A DNA stretch of 64,000 nt from Rhizobiaceae bacterium (GTDB taxonomy: Bacteria > Pseudomonadota > Alphaproteobacteria > Rhizobiales > Rhizobiaceae), in contig JARGOX010000013.1 in assembly GCA_029233925.1 (NCBI GenBank), forward strand, positions 48,056 to 112,055, written 5' to 3'. Shown here in pieces: positions 29,483 through 40,272 of the stretch. Positions within the stretch are counted from its first letter, which is position 1. Each line of letters begins with the position of its first letter. The notes beneath the pieces were generated by a model. The model was not told the origin of the DNA, did no database searches, and saw nothing but the letters and a program-made list of their open reading frames with translations. The position numbers were made by a program, and so were the translations under genes.

Positions 29483-30073
29483 ATGATGATACCAAGCACC
29501 GGTGATCCGCGACGCGACCTTATCCTTGAGGCTGCTTTTGAACGGTTTGTGACCTATGGTTTCAAGCGCACGTCAATGGAGGATATCGCCAATGCCGCCG
29601 GTACCTCGCGCCCGGCGCTCTACCAGCACTACAAGAACAAGGCAGATATCTTCAGGGCCTTTGTCCAGGCGCTGAAGTTGCAGATGATTTCCAATCTGCA
29701 GGAAGCCTTTCTGTCCGATCTGCCGCTTGAAGACAGATTGTATGCGGCGCTCGAATGCGGCTTCGTACAGGTGCACCGTGACATTGCGCAGACCCCGCAT
29801 GGCGAGGAACTGATCGGACTGAACAAGGAAATCGCCGGTGACCTGTTTGATGAATGGATGTCGGACATGGAAAACGCCCTGAGTGAGGGTTTGCAGAGTT
29901 CGGTGGAGCGTGGAGAATTTCGCCTGCCGGATCCCTCAATGACCTGTGCCCGGCTGGCGCGCGTGCTGGTCAATGCGGCCGAAGGGACCAAGATGCGCGC
30001 CGGGTCCATTGATCAGATCGAGGCAGAACTCAGGGCGATCGTAAAGTTGATCGTGATAGCGGGAAACAAATAA
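29483..30073 (+). CDS. TetR/AcrR family regulator
   Basis: ILEAA..F...GFKRTSMEDIA..AGTSRPALYQHYKNK HTH; divergent from the iorAB-like genes. Confidence 0.9.
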   Translation: MMIPSTGDPRRDLILEAAFERFVTYGFKRTSMEDIANAAGTSRPALYQHYKNKADIFRAFVQALKLQMISNLQEAFLSDLPLEDRLYAALECGFVQVHRDIAQTPHGEELIGLNKEIAGDLFDEWMSDMENALSEGLQSSVERGEFRLPDPSMTCARLARVLVNAAEGTKMRAGSIDQIEAELRAIVKLIVIAGNK

Positions 30074-30176
30074 ATGAGCCGCTGGCCAATGAAGCGGTCA
30101 TCGTGTTGACAAAACAGGTCGATTATACCAACTCCCGATAATCAGGTGAATCGGCCAAGTGGAGCCCGAACAGTCC

Positions 30177-31511
30177 ATGAATACGTATCATTCGCAGGTT
30201 TTTGCAAGGCGTCCGTCCGTTGCCGTTGATGTTGGCGGTGTGTTGATCGGCGGCGCACATCCGATCGTTGTCCAGTCAATGACCAATACCGATACGGCCG
30301 ATATCGACGCGACGGTGGCCCAGGTGGCCGCGCTGTCGAAAGCCGGATCGGAGATTGTGCGTATAACGGTGGACCGGGATGAGAGCGCTGCAGCCGTTCC
30401 AAAGATTCGCGAGCGCCTGGAAAGAATTGGTCTGGATGTGCCGCTGATTGGCGATTTCCACTATATCGGCCACACATTGCTGCAAAACCACCCGGCCTGC
30501 GCCGAAGCGCTGGCAAAATACCGCATCAATCCTGGCAATGTCGGTTTCAAGGACAAAAAAGACAAGCAATTTGCGCAGATCATCGAGATCGCCATTCGCC
30601 ATGGCAAACCGGTCCGGATCGGTGTCAATTGGGGCTCGCTGGACCAGGTGCTGCTGATGCGGCTGATGGATGAAAACGCGCAAAAAGGCGGCCCACAGAA
30701 CGCCCAGCAGGTCATGCAGGAGGCGATTGTCCAATCGGCCTTGTTGTCGGCAGACCTGGCCGAGGAGATCGGGCTGCCACGCGACAAGATCATATTGTCG
30801 GCCAAGGTCAGCCAGGTGCAGGACCTGATTGCCGTCTATACGGAACTGGCGCGCCGGTCTGACCATGCGCTGCATCTGGGCCTGACGGAAGCCGGTATGG
30901 GGACCAAGGGCATTGTTGCTTCATCGGCGGCCCTGGGCATTGTCCTGCAGCAGGGCATTGGTGATACGATTCGCATCTCCCTGACGCCGGCGCCGGGCGG
31001 AGACAGGACAAGGGAAGTCCAGGTAGCGCAGGAACTGCTTCAGGTCATGGGCTTCAGGCAGTTCATGCCCATTGTGGCCGCCTGCCCGGGTTGTGGCCGG
31101 ACCACGTCCACGACATTTCAGGAGCTGGCTGAGAAAATTCAGGGCGATCTTCGTCGCAATATGCCAACATGGCGGGAAGAATATCCGGGTGTGGAGGCGC
31201 TCAGCGTTGCCGTCATGGGTTGTATCGTCAATGGACCAGGTGAATCAAAACAGGCGGATATCGGAATCTCCCTTCCCGGTACCGGTGAAAGCCCGGCAGC
31301 GCCTGTATTCGTCGATGGGAAAAAGGTCAAAACCCTGCGCGGGTCAAACATTGCTGCTGAATTCGAGGCCATGGTGGGAGACTACATCAAAAACCGATTT
31401 GGCCAGAACAGTGGAGACCAGAACAGTGCAGGCCAGAACAGTGCAGGCAAGGGTGGTGGAGAGAAGGAAAAGTTGGAACAAGGCTCAGAAGCGCTTACCA
31501 CCGTCAAATGA
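30177..31511 (+). CDS. ispG: (E)-4-hydroxy-3-methylbut-2-enyl-diphosphate synthase, with C-terminal repeat extension
   Basis: [51 protein letters not shown] motifs. Confidence 0.95.
   Translation: MNTYHSQVFARRPSVAVDVGGVLIGGAHPIVVQSMTNTDTADIDATVAQVAALSKAGSEIVRITVDRDESAAAVPKIRERLERIGLDVPLIGDFHYIGHTLLQNHPACAEALAKYRINPGNVGFKDKKDKQFAQIIEIAIRHGKPVRIGVNWGSLDQVLLMRLMDENAQKGGPQNAQQVMQEAIVQSALLSADLAEEIGLPRDKIILSAKVSQVQDLIAVYTELARRSDHALHLGLTEAGMGTKGIVASSAALGIVLQQGIGDTIRISLTPAPGGDRTREVQVAQELLQVMGFRQFMPIVAACPGCGRTTSTTFQELAEKIQGDLRRNMPTWREEYPGVEALSVAVMGCIVNGPGESKQADIGISLPGTGESPAAPVFVDGKKVKTLRGSNIAAEFEAMVGDYIKNRFGQNSGDQNSAGQNSAGKGGGEKEKLEQGSEALTTVK
31401..31448 (+). repeat. 15-bp tandem repeat (3 units plus a partial) in the ispG 3' end
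   Basis: ggccagaacagtgga / gaccagaacagtgca / ggccagaacagtgca / ggc, encoding [16 protein letters not shown]. Confidence 0.9.
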
Positions 31512-33954
31512 TCCCATTTGCCGACAAGCCGTTTTGCAGGGACCTGTGTTTGGCCCTGCCGCTGTTCGCTGTGCTGTTGTCCAGCCATTGTTCAATCATG
31601 ACTGCCAGCTTTGCCGTTGATATCGGCTTGGGCATGTAATCATCCATGCCTGCTTCAATGCACAGGTTGCGGTCATCTTTCAAGGCATGCGCCGTTACAC
31701 CGATGATCGGCGTATATGCGCCAGTGTCTCTTTCCTTACCGCGGATAAAGGCAGTTGCCTGATAGCCATTCCTGCGTGGCATGGAGACATCCATCAAAAT
31801 CACTTTCGGATTGAGCTGTTGCCACATTTCAACGGCCTCCTGGCCGTCTTTGGCAATGCAGAAGGAATAGCCGGTTTCCCCAAGCATATGCTCAAAAACC
31901 AACTGATTAACATCGTTGTCTTCAGCAACGAGGATGTCAATGTGCGAAGCATTGTCGGCGGGCTCGATCCCGCTGGAGCGGTTGACGGGGCCGTAGGGCG
32001 AGAGGGGTGTAGCAGGTCTGGAATTTTCCTCTTCGACTGCCCTGCTGGCATGGTTTGGTGGCTTGGCCGCCGCTGCGGTGATGGGGACGGGTTTTTGCGC
32101 GCCGCCCAGAATGGAGGAAATTGTTTCCAGCATGAAGGACGCGCGAACCGGTTTGGTCAGATAGCCCGCAAAACCAAAATGTCTGCACAGATCGGCGGTG
32201 CCATTGTGGTCAACGGCGGTCATCAGCAGTACCGGAATATCGCCGATCGGTTTTGTATCGGCGAATGTGTCACGCAATTGTCTGCCGGTTTCCTCGGGCG
32301 TATGGGTGTCGAGGATGATCAGGCTGATCGGCGCGCCGAGTTCGATCGATTTCTTCACAACCTGGGTCGCCACAGCAATGGATTCCACGACCGCACAATC
32401 AAGCGCCCAACCTTGCATTTGTTCGCGTATGACATGTTGGCTGGTGGGATTTGCGTCGATGACCACGATGCGTGCATCTGACAGGTCAACCGGATTTTTC
32501 TGTGAGGTGTTCTGATTGTCCTCGCACACTGGCAAATGCATCTCGAGCCAGAATGTAGAGCCCCGGCCCAATGTGCTGTCCACACCAAAACGACCGCCCA
32601 TCAGATCGACGAGACCGGCGGCAATGGCCAGACCCAAACCGGTTCCTTCATGCCTGCGTGTCGAGGACGCGTCCACCTGGTTGAATTTTTCGAAAATGAT
32701 ATTGAGCTTGTCGGCTGGAATGCCAGGCCCCGTATCCTCGACGCAGATAAGAATATCTGCATGATCATCGCGTTCGGTGCCCGTGATGTTGACTAGTATC
32801 TGGCCCTTTTCCGTGAATTTTACGGCATTTCCCACAATATTTGTCAGCACCTGCCGGATCCGGCCCAAATCACCGACAAAGACATCGGGCAATTCCGGAT
32901 CATAGCGAACGATCATAGGCAGATCTTTTTCCGCCGCATTGCCTGCCAGCAGTGTGGCAATGTCTTCCACCGCTTCGCGGAGATTGAAGGAGGTCGGATT
33001 CAATTGCATCTGCTTGGCATCGATTCGAGAAAAATCCAATATGTCGTTGATGATGGTCAGCAATGTCTGGCCGGATTTTACGATAATGTCCGTGAACGTT
33101 TGTTGCTTGTCATCCAATTCGGTGCGGGAAAGGAGTTCTGACATGCCGAGCACGCCATTCATCGGGGTCCTGATTTCGTGGCTCATATTGGCCAGGAATT
33201 CAGATTTTGCCTTTTCAGCAGCTTTGGCTCTGCGGCTTTCTTCACGCGCCTGGGCGGTGGCCGCGTCCAGATCGCGCAGGGTACGGCGCAAAAGAATGTC
33301 GATTGGCATGAATACCAGAAAGCCGAGCGCCAGCAGAACCGCGATAGTCGTCAGCAGATAGGTCAGAATCTTATCGCCCTGAGAAACAGTTGAATCCTTC
33401 AGGGAGTTGAGAATGATCCGGGAGATGTTTCTGCCCGAATTCTGCAGGTATTGCTCATAGGTTGAGGCCAGCACTTGGCCGGCGCGTCGCAGTTCACCAA
33501 CATTGGCCGCAGCTTCGATTTCTTCGGGATCAGTCATCTGTTGGTAGTGTCGGAAGGGTATGTCCGATCGTATATCCCGATCAATCAGGTAGACACCCTG
33601 TTTCAGTGAATCGGGTGTTTGAGGCGCGTCCCAAAGTTGGTGAAATTCGAGAAACTGGCCCTTCACCACAGCCTGGCGGTACAGAAAGGTCTTTCTGGCG
33701 CTCTCGAACGGTGCGCCATCAGCAATTTCACCCAACAGTTCGGCGCGTTCGGAAAGAGAAGCCAGCGAATTATCCAGCTTTTCCACCTGCTTTATCAAGC
33801 GACCGAGATGACGGATCTCCCTGTTCTGCGCAGATTGTTCAGCATAGAACCAGACGCATATGGCGCCGATCAGCAGGAGATTGGCAACGTAACCGACGCG
33901 CAGGCTGATGGAGAGCCTCCGCGTACTTCTTTTGTCGTCGTTGAGTTCTTCCAT
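31504..33954 (-). CDS. Membrane hybrid histidine kinase (2 TM, HisKA, HATPase, two receiver domains)
   Basis: H-box [16 protein letters not shown]-box [10 protein letters not shown]-boxes DTGPG and GTGLGL; REC1 (IILDTH...YLTKP), REC2 (VAEDN...ILMDVSMP...YMPKP). Confidence 0.92.
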   Translation of the reverse strand: MEELNDDKRSTRRLSISLRVGYVANLLLIGAICVWFYAEQSAQNREIRHLGRLIKQVEKLDNSLASLSERAELLGEIADGAPFESARKTFLYRQAVVKGQFLEFHQLWDAPQTPDSLKQGVYLIDRDIRSDIPFRHYQQMTDPEEIEAAANVGELRRAGQVLASTYEQYLQNSGRNISRIILNSLKDSTVSQGDKILTYLLTTIAVLLALGFLVFMPIDILLRRTLRDLDAATAQAREESRRAKAAEKAKSEFLANMSHEIRTPMNGVLGMSELLSRTELDDKQQTFTDIIVKSGQTLLTIINDILDFSRIDAKQMQLNPTSFNLREAVEDIATLLAGNAAEKDLPMIVRYDPELPDVFVGDLGRIRQVLTNIVGNAVKFTEKGQILVNITGTERDDHADILICVEDTGPGIPADKLNIIFEKFNQVDASSTRRHEGTGLGLAIAAGLVDLMGGRFGVDSTLGRGSTFWLEMHLPVCEDNQNTSQKNPVDLSDARIVVIDANPTSQHVIREQMQGWALDCAVVESIAVATQVVKKSIELGAPISLIILDTHTPEETGRQLRDTFADTKPIGDIPVLLMTAVDHNGTADLCRHFGFAGYLTKPVRASFMLETISSILGGAQKPVPITAAAAKPPNHASRAVEEENSRPATPLSPYGPVNRSSGIEPADNASHIDILVAEDNDVNQLVFEHMLGETGYSFCIAKDGQEAVEMWQQLNPKVILMDVSMPRRNGYQATAFIRGKERDTGAYTPIIGVTAHALKDDRNLCIEAGMDDYMPKPISTAKLAVMIEQWLDNSTANSGRAKHRSLQNGLSANGII

Positions 33955-34133
33955 TAAAAACCATGTTCTTTGCTTCACCCGGTCCGGGGAAGCGTCAAAA
34001 ATGTATTTTGCGAGGCCACATGGCCCGGGTTTCCTGCAAATCAAGAAAGCCGACTAATCGTCATGGCGCGCTTGAAATGGCTGGCGCGCGCACTTTGCTG
34101 TACTATTATCTGCTGAATGGTAGTTTGATTTTT

Positions 34134-34148
34134 TCAAGGAACGGTTAA
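34134..34148 (-). promoter_or_regulatory. Candidate CtrA box TTAA-N7-TTGA upstream of the hybrid kinase
   Basis: Minus strand TTAACCGTTCCTTGA, one mismatch to TTAA-N7-TTAA, about 180 bp upstream of the start. Confidence 0.4.
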
Positions 34149-34195
34149 TGCTGGCCGGGAATTTCACTTTTGTGAATGGCACCGCCGCCTGATTT

Positions 34196-35110
34196 TCAGT
34201 GCTTTCGATTGGCGACAAATTGTGCCGCATCAAGCAGAATTCTCGCCCGTTCGCCGTAGGGGGACAAAAGGCTGGATGCTTCGCTGACAAGACCGGATAG
34301 CTGGGTTCGAGCCCAGTCTGCTCCGTGCAGGGCGACGAGCGTGCCCTTGCCGCGTCCGGTATCCTTGCCTGTTGCCTTGCCCATGGACTGGCTGTCAGAG
34401 GTAACGTCGAGCAGATCATCGGCAAGCTGAAAAGCCAGCCCGACAGCTTCGCCGAAACGCTTCATGCATTCCCTGTCGGTTGGATTTGAACCGGAGAGGA
34501 TTGCCCCGGCTTCGCAGGCAAAGCGGATCAGCGCACCGGTCTTCATGGATTGCAGAGTGATGATTCCGGCCTCATCGGGCGGATATTTTTCAGCCTGCAG
34601 GTCCAGTGCCTGACCTCCGGCCATGCCGCCAAGGCCGGATGCCTGCGCCAGCGCCAGAACAAGTTCCGATTTCAGGCCTGCTGCCAGTTCCGTTTGTGGC
34701 GCGGCGATGATTTCGAAGGCCATGGTCAACAGGGCGTCCCCAGCCAGAATGGCAGTGGCTTCATCGAAGGCGACATGAACCGTTGGCAAGCCGCGACGAA
34801 GACTGTCGTCATCCATGGCCGGAAGATCATCATGGATCAGTGAATAGCAGTGAAGGCATTCTGTAGCGGCAGCCACACGCAATGCCGCTTCCTGATCGCC
34901 CCCAAGCAGTTCGGCGGTTTCAAGCAGCAGGAAGGGGCGCAGCCTCTTGCCACCATTCAATACACCGTGCCGCATGGCAGCCAGCAGCGTGTCTGGCCGT
35001 GCAATCTCATCGCCGCGAAGACGGGCATCAAGCAATTTGGCCAGCGCCATATCGACCTGATCCGCACGCTGTGCCATGCGCTCGCTGAATTCCTGCATTT
35101 CGTCTTTCAT
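34196..35110 (-). CDS. ispA: Farnesyl-diphosphate synthase / geranyltranstransferase
   Basis: GGKRLRP, DDLPAMDDDSLRRG (FARM), KTGAL, FQLADDLLD (SARM). Confidence 0.93.
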   Translation of the reverse strand: MKDEMQEFSERMAQRADQVDMALAKLLDARLRGDEIARPDTLLAAMRHGVLNGGKRLRPFLLLETAELLGGDQEAALRVAAATECLHCYSLIHDDLPAMDDDSLRRGLPTVHVAFDEATAILAGDALLTMAFEIIAAPQTELAAGLKSELVLALAQASGLGGMAGGQALDLQAEKYPPDEAGIITLQSMKTGALIRFACEAGAILSGSNPTDRECMKRFGEAVGLAFQLADDLLDVTSDSQSMGKATGKDTGRGKGTLVALHGADWARTQLSGLVSEASSLLSPYGERARILLDAAQFVANRKH

Positions 35111-35235
35111 GCTGCTCTCATGCCATGATGAGCAACGATCGGCAATGGATTTCCTGTCGTTTGTAACAGCGTCCCTTGCAACAACCGGGGCAAGCTTTGT
35201 CAAAATGGTTGTTCAATTTCGTGTCGGGCTGCTTT

Positions 35236-35982
35236 ATGAAGATCGCACCTGTCAGGAAAGTTGAACTATTGGCGCAGAAAAAGAAAAAACAACAGCGCAT
35301 GCCGTCCGGCAGATTGCTCAGACGATGGTTTTTCTATCTGCTGCTCGCGATTGTTCTTGTGCCGGCATTGCTTCTGCTTGCTTACACCCCTTCTGCGGTT
35401 CACCCCGTCTCGACAGTCATGCTGCGCGATGCAGTTCTTTTGCGCGGTTACCAACGCCAATGGGTGGCTCTGGATGATATAGCCCCGGCGCTGGTGCAAT
35501 CCGTGCTGATGTCCGAGGATGGTCAATATTGTTTCCATGGCGGTGTCGACTGGAAACAGCTCAATATCGTTCTTGACGGCGCATTGGACGGTGAAAAGAC
35601 ACGCGGTGCAAGCACCATAGCCATGCAGACGGCAAAGAACCTTTTTCTGTGGTCCAGCAGGTCTTATCTTCGCAAGGCTCTGGAAGTGCCGCTTGCCATG
35701 AGTGCCGATGCCATCTGGTCGAAACGCAGAATGATGGAGATTTATCTCAATGTGGCTGAATGGGGTCCGGGTATTTTCGGTATCGAGGCCGCCGCTCAGC
35801 ACTATTATGGCATTCCGGCCTCACAGCTGTCGCGTCGGCGGGCCGCCTATCTGGCCGTGACATTGCCCAATCCGCATGTTCGAAATCCCTTGAAACCGTC
35901 ACGCGGAATGACCCGGCTTGCCTCCATCGTCGAACGCCGGGCGCATCAGTCAGGCGCTTATATCAAATGCCTTGATGCGTAG
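35236..35982 (+). CDS. mtgA: Monofunctional biosynthetic peptidoglycan transglycosylase
   Basis: [38 protein letters not shown] motifs. Start uncertain. Confidence 0.92.
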   Translation: MKIAPVRKVELLAQKKKKQQRMPSGRLLRRWFFYLLLAIVLVPALLLLAYTPSAVHPVSTVMLRDAVLLRGYQRQWVALDDIAPALVQSVLMSEDGQYCFHGGVDWKQLNIVLDGALDGEKTRGASTIAMQTAKNLFLWSSRSYLRKALEVPLAMSADAIWSKRRMMEIYLNVAEWGPGIFGIEAAAQHYYGIPASQLSRRRAAYLAVTLPNPHVRNPLKPSRGMTRLASIVERRAHQSGAYIKCLDA

Positions 35983-36112
35983 ATCATTTCTATTGGCTGG
36001 ACCTTCAACTGGTGTGTCCCTAAACATGAGCCGTTGAGAGCCAAGGCTGCTTCTGGATGCGTGTTTGGAGTCAGGGTTGGCAACGTACCATGGGGGTGCA
36101 AGGAAGCCGCTG

Positions 36113-36760
36113 ATGACCGATCTGACGCTCTATATCGGCAACAAGAATTATTCGTCGTGGTCCTTGCGCCCATGGTTTGCGATGCGGGCATCGGGTATCC
36201 ACTTCCACGAAGAGCTGGTTCCCTTCGACATGGCAGCGGGTAACCCGGCATTTTCAACGTTTTCGCCAACACACAAGGTTCCCGTGCTCAAGCATGGTCA
36301 GTTCAATCTTTGGGAATCTCTGGCCATCATTGAATATCTGAACGAGCTTTTTCCCAAAAAGGGTTTGTGGCCGTCCGATCGGAGGGCCAGAGCCCATGCG
36401 CGGGCGATCAGCTGTGAGATGCTGAGCGGCTTTTTCGGGCTTCGCACGCAATGTCCGATGAATATGCGCAGGCTTCCTTCCTCGATCGATCTATCGGCAG
36501 AGACGCGCCGGGATATCAAGCGTATCGAACAGATCTGGGAGACTTGCCTTGAGCGTTATGGGGGGCCGTTTCTATTCGGCGACCTGTGCGCCGCAGACGC
36601 CATGTTTGCGCCTGTCGTCAATCGCTTTGAAGTCTATTGCCTGAGTGGAAATCCAGCGGTGAAGACCTATATGCAGGCGATGCAATCACATTCGGCCTGG
36701 CAGGAATGGCAGACTGCCGGACGGGCTGAAAAATGGGTGGTCGATGAGGATGAGGTGTGA
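36113..36760 (+). CDS. Glutathione S-transferase family protein
   Basis: GNKNYSSWSLRPW, KVPVL, ESLAIIEYL, ADAMFAPV motifs. Confidence 0.92.
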   Translation: MTDLTLYIGNKNYSSWSLRPWFAMRASGIHFHEELVPFDMAAGNPAFSTFSPTHKVPVLKHGQFNLWESLAIIEYLNELFPKKGLWPSDRRARAHARAISCEMLSGFFGLRTQCPMNMRRLPSSIDLSAETRRDIKRIEQIWETCLERYGGPFLFGDLCAADAMFAPVVNRFEVYCLSGNPAVKTYMQAMQSHSAWQEWQTAGRAEKWVVDEDEV

Positions 36761-36943
36761 CTCTGCACGAAAAAAGCGGCTTCACCCTTGCATAATGACC
36801 TAAATCATAAAAAAATGCGTGAAGGTGCTGGTCAAGCGCTCACATGCGCGGTATAAGCCCGCCCAATTTCCGAGATTCATACGCGTCTGTTTCGGTCGCC
36901 ATCTGGCCGAAGAATACGCATTGCCTGCGAGTGGAGTAAAGCA

Positions 36944-37129
36944 ATGGCTGTACCAAAAAGTAAGATTTCCCGCTCAAGGCGCGGCATGCGCCGCGCAACC
37001 GATGCGCTGAAAGCTCCTTCCTATGTGGAAGACAAGAATTCCGGCGAACTTCGTCGTCCGCACCATATCGATCTGAAGACCGGTATGTATCGCGGTCGTC
37101 AGGTGCTGACCGTCAAAGAAAACGCCTGA
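36944..37129 (+). CDS. rpmF: 50S ribosomal protein L32 (Cys-free type)
   Basis: [17 protein letters not shown]...[18 protein letters not shown]. Confidence 0.96.
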   Translation: MAVPKSKISRSRRGMRRATDALKAPSYVEDKNSGELRRPHHIDLKTGMYRGRQVLTVKENA

Positions 37130-37200
37130 TCCTCAACGATAATCAATTTTCGGATTGATGGCTGATGTGACGGCTGTGCCGCATGTCTCTTAAAAGTAAA

Positions 37201-37237
37201 AAGCAAAAGGCTGGTGTCCAACCGGCCTTTTTTGCTT
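37201..37237. terminator. Rho-independent terminator after rpmF
   Basis: AAGCAAAAGGCTGG-loop-CCGGCCTTTTTTGCTT: GC stem followed by a T-run, preceded by an A-run. Confidence 0.75.
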
Positions 37238-37366
37238 GCTTTTACATATTGTTTTCATTGAAGATCAATTTTTACATCAGAGTTCCTGTGGGTAATGCTC
37301 AGCGGCTATCCGACAGGGGCGCGTCTTGAGCGACAGACTCTGGTCAAACAAGGCAAGGGCATTGGC

Positions 37367-37774
37367 ATGTTGACGATAATCCCATTGATGATCGTTCCTT
37401 TGATCTTTTACAATGCGTTGATCTTTGGATTTCTGGGGAGTTCAGGTGCCGCCGCGCTGAACTATGACCTATTCAGCGTGCAAATGATTTCCGGCGCGCA
37501 ATGGTCCATGCAGCTTGGCGATACCGTGATCGTCACAGCGCTGGTCCTGCTGTTTTTCGAAGTGCTGAAATCAACCCGCACCGGCAGTTGGTCGGTCGTG
37601 GATCACATGTTGTCGGCTTTTGTTTTCATCGCGTTTCTGATCGAGTTTCTGCTTGTTGCAGATGCGGCAACAGACATCTTTTTCGTCCTGACCGTCATTG
37701 CCCTTGTCGATCTGGTTGCCGGCTTTTCAGTCTCGATCAAATCAGCCGGGCGTGACGTATCCATCGGACTGTAG
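37367..37774 (+). CDS. Conserved hypothetical membrane protein
   Basis: 135 aa, 3-4 hydrophobic segments, FFEVLKSTRTG and DHMLS motifs of a family I recall from Rhizobiales. Confidence 0.8.
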   Translation: MLTIIPLMIVPLIFYNALIFGFLGSSGAAALNYDLFSVQMISGAQWSMQLGDTVIVTALVLLFFEVLKSTRTGSWSVVDHMLSAFVFIAFLIEFLLVADAATDIFFVLTVIALVDLVAGFSVSIKSAGRDVSIGL

Positions 37775-37777
37775 AAG

Positions 37778-37817
37778 ACCGATCACTGCTGGCTGTTATA
37801 CCACGGCAGTGATCGGT
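37778..37817. terminator. Long hairpin between convergent genes
   Basis: Perfect 12-bp stem ACCGATCACTGC / GCAGTGATCGGT, extended by TGG/CCA after a 2-nt bulge. Confidence 0.6.
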
Positions 37818-37833
37818 TCAGGTTTGCGCGACT

Positions 37834-39003
37834 TTAAGGGCGCGCCAGAGACGTTTCAGCCAGTTTTACCCAATAGGTAACACCCAGCGGGATGATGTCG
37901 TCGTTGAAATCATAGGCCGGGTGATGCAGGCCGGCCGTATCGCCATTGCCGATAAAGATGAATGATCCCGGCCGCGCTTCCAGCATGAAGGAAAAATCCT
38001 CTCCACCCATTGTCGGCGCAATATTCTCGTCGACATGGTCTGCGCCGGATATTTCAGCGGCAACGGAGACTGAAAAATCGGTCTGGTCGGCGTGGTTGTA
38101 TGTCACCGGATAACCGCGGTGATAATGGATCGACGCTTCGGCATCATGCGCCTGTGCAACATTGTTGACGATCTGCGAAATACGTTTTTCGGCCAAAGCG
38201 CGCACATCGGCATCCAGGGTGCGAACAGTTCCGGCAAGCAGTGCCTCTTCGGGAATGACGTTATAGGCGTTTCCGGCATTGAATTTTGTCACGGAAACAA
38301 CGACGGACTCGAGTGGGTCGACATTGCGCGATGCAATAAGTTGCAGGCTCGAGACGATCTGGGCACCAATGGCAATCGGATCCACGGTCTGATTGGGCAT
38401 GGCGGCATGTCCGCCTCTTCCCTTGATGGTAATGGTAAATTCGTCCGTTGCAGCCATGATGCCACCCTGGCGTGTTGCAAATTGCCCCACAGCAAGACCC
38501 GGCATGTTGTGCATGCCGAAAACCTCTTCGATGTCAAAGCGCTCCATCATGCCGTCCTTGACCATTTCATCGCCACCGGCGCCACCTTCTTCCGCAGGCT
38601 GAAAAATGACGGCGACCGAGCCATCAAAATTGCGGGTTTCGGCAAGATATTTTGCGGCACCCAGCAACATGGCCGTGTGGCCATCATGGCCACAGGCATG
38701 CATTTTGCCTGTGGTTTTGGAAGCCCAGGACTTTCCGGTAATCTCGTTGATCGGCAGCGCATCCATGTCGGCGCGCAGACCGATCGTCTTGCCTTCGCCG
38801 CCGTTGCGGCCCTTGATCACGGCAACGACGCCGGTGCGTCCTATCCCGGTGACCACGTCGTCACAGCCGAAAGCTTTCAGCTTTTCCTCGACAAAGGCTG
38901 CAGTTTCGTGAACGTCAAAAAGCAGTTCAGGGTTGGAATGAAGATGACGGCGCCATTCGGTGATTTCGTCCTGCATCTCGGCTGCACGGTTCAGTATCGG
39001 CAT
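37834..39003 (-). CDS. M20D amidohydrolase (hippurate hydrolase-like)
   Basis: LRADMDALP, HACGHDGH, FQPAEEGG, GRGGHAAMP, MGGEDFS, LHHPAYDFND. Confidence 0.92.
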   Translation of the reverse strand: MPILNRAAEMQDEITEWRRHLHSNPELLFDVHETAAFVEEKLKAFGCDDVVTGIGRTGVVAVIKGRNGGEGKTIGLRADMDALPINEITGKSWASKTTGKMHACGHDGHTAMLLGAAKYLAETRNFDGSVAVIFQPAEEGGAGGDEMVKDGMMERFDIEEVFGMHNMPGLAVGQFATRQGGIMAATDEFTITIKGRGGHAAMPNQTVDPIAIGAQIVSSLQLIASRNVDPLESVVVSVTKFNAGNAYNVIPEEALLAGTVRTLDADVRALAEKRISQIVNNVAQAHDAEASIHYHRGYPVTYNHADQTDFSVSVAAEISGADHVDENIAPTMGGEDFSFMLEARPGSFIFIGNGDTAGLHHPAYDFNDDIIPLGVTYWVKLAETSLARP

Positions 39004-39107
39004 GGAGTCTGTCCTTGATTTTGCAAATGTCCGTCTCAATGTATGGCATATAGGGCAACTTTCGGGTACATACAATTTACATCCCACCCCTTTGCCGGAG
39101 TCTTATT

Positions 39108-40268
39108 GTGCCAATGCGCTGTAAAACCAGTTTCACAGGTGTCCTTCTTGCATTCTTCTGGTTGCTGCTGGCCACGACGGGCCCCGCCAACAGTGCCGGC
39201 CCATCGATCGTCATCGATGTGAAATCCGGCAGCGTGCTCGAGCACAACCAGGCATTCCAGCGTTGGTATCCGGCATCTTTGACAAAGTTGATGACTGCCT
39301 ATGTGGTTTTCCGGCAGGTCCAGACGGGCAAATTGACCATGCAGTCACCCGTGACCATGAGTGCAATTGCGGCAAAGGAACCGCCCAGCAAGATGTACTA
39401 CAAGCCGGGTTCGCAGCTTTCGCTCGACAATGCCATGAAGATCATTCTGGTCAAGTCAGCCAATGACGTATCGGTTGCCATCGCGGAATCGGTTGCCGGA
39501 AGTCATGAGAGATTTGTACAGATGATGAATGCCGAGGCAAAGCGGCTGGGCATGCTTGACAGCAGGTTTGTCAATGCAAACGGGCTGCCGGGCAAAGGGC
39601 AGCGGACCACCGCACGGGACATGGCGGTTCTGGGTCTGGCGCTCAGGCGGGATTTTCCGCAATATGCGCATTATTTTGCGATTGAGGCCATCAGCACAGG
39701 AAAAAAGACCTATTCCAACTACAATATCCTGATCGGCCGTTTTGCCGGTGCCAACGGCATGAAAACCGGGTTCATCTGCGCATCTGGCTTCAATCAGGTT
39801 TCATCAGCTACCCGCAACGGCAGGACTGTTGTTTCTGTTGTATTCGGCGCTGCGAGCCAGGAAGAGAGGGCCGAAGAATCCGCCCGCCTTTTGAACAAGG
39901 GGCTGACAACCGGAACCATTGCCAAACCGTCTCTCTATTCCCTGCGACCCTATGGCAACAAACGCTCGAAAATTGCCGATATCACTTCTTCAATCTGCAC
40001 CCCTGAAGCCAGGAAAAAGCGTTATGAGGGCCGCGACGTCGAAGGGAAAATGGTGTTGAATTCCAATTATATCAACAGTATGAAGCGCCAGGCCAAGGCG
40101 GTCAGGGTTGGGCTGTCGGGCAGGATTCCAGCCGCTTTGACAAGAGGCAATATTCCTGTGCCCCGTCCGCGTCCCGATCAAATCGAAAGCGCGGGCAGCC
40201 CGGTTGCGGCCTCGGCTTTCAAGCCTACATTTGATGTGCCAGTTCCCATTTCGCGGCCCAGTCTGTAA
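39108..40268 (+). CDS. D-alanyl-D-alanine carboxypeptidase (peptidase S11)
   Basis: ASLTK (SxxK), SAN (SxN), KTG; signal peptide; GTG start with GGAG RBS. Confidence 0.9.
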   Translation: MPMRCKTSFTGVLLAFFWLLLATTGPANSAGPSIVIDVKSGSVLEHNQAFQRWYPASLTKLMTAYVVFRQVQTGKLTMQSPVTMSAIAAKEPPSKMYYKPGSQLSLDNAMKIILVKSANDVSVAIAESVAGSHERFVQMMNAEAKRLGMLDSRFVNANGLPGKGQRTTARDMAVLGLALRRDFPQYAHYFAIEAISTGKKTYSNYNILIGRFAGANGMKTGFICASGFNQVSSATRNGRTVVSVVFGAASQEERAEESARLLNKGLTTGTIAKPSLYSLRPYGNKRSKIADITSSICTPEARKKRYEGRDVEGKMVLNSNYINSMKRQAKAVRVGLSGRIPAALTRGNIPVPRPRPDQIESAGSPVAASAFKPTFDVPVPISRPSL

Positions 40269-40272
40269 CGGC

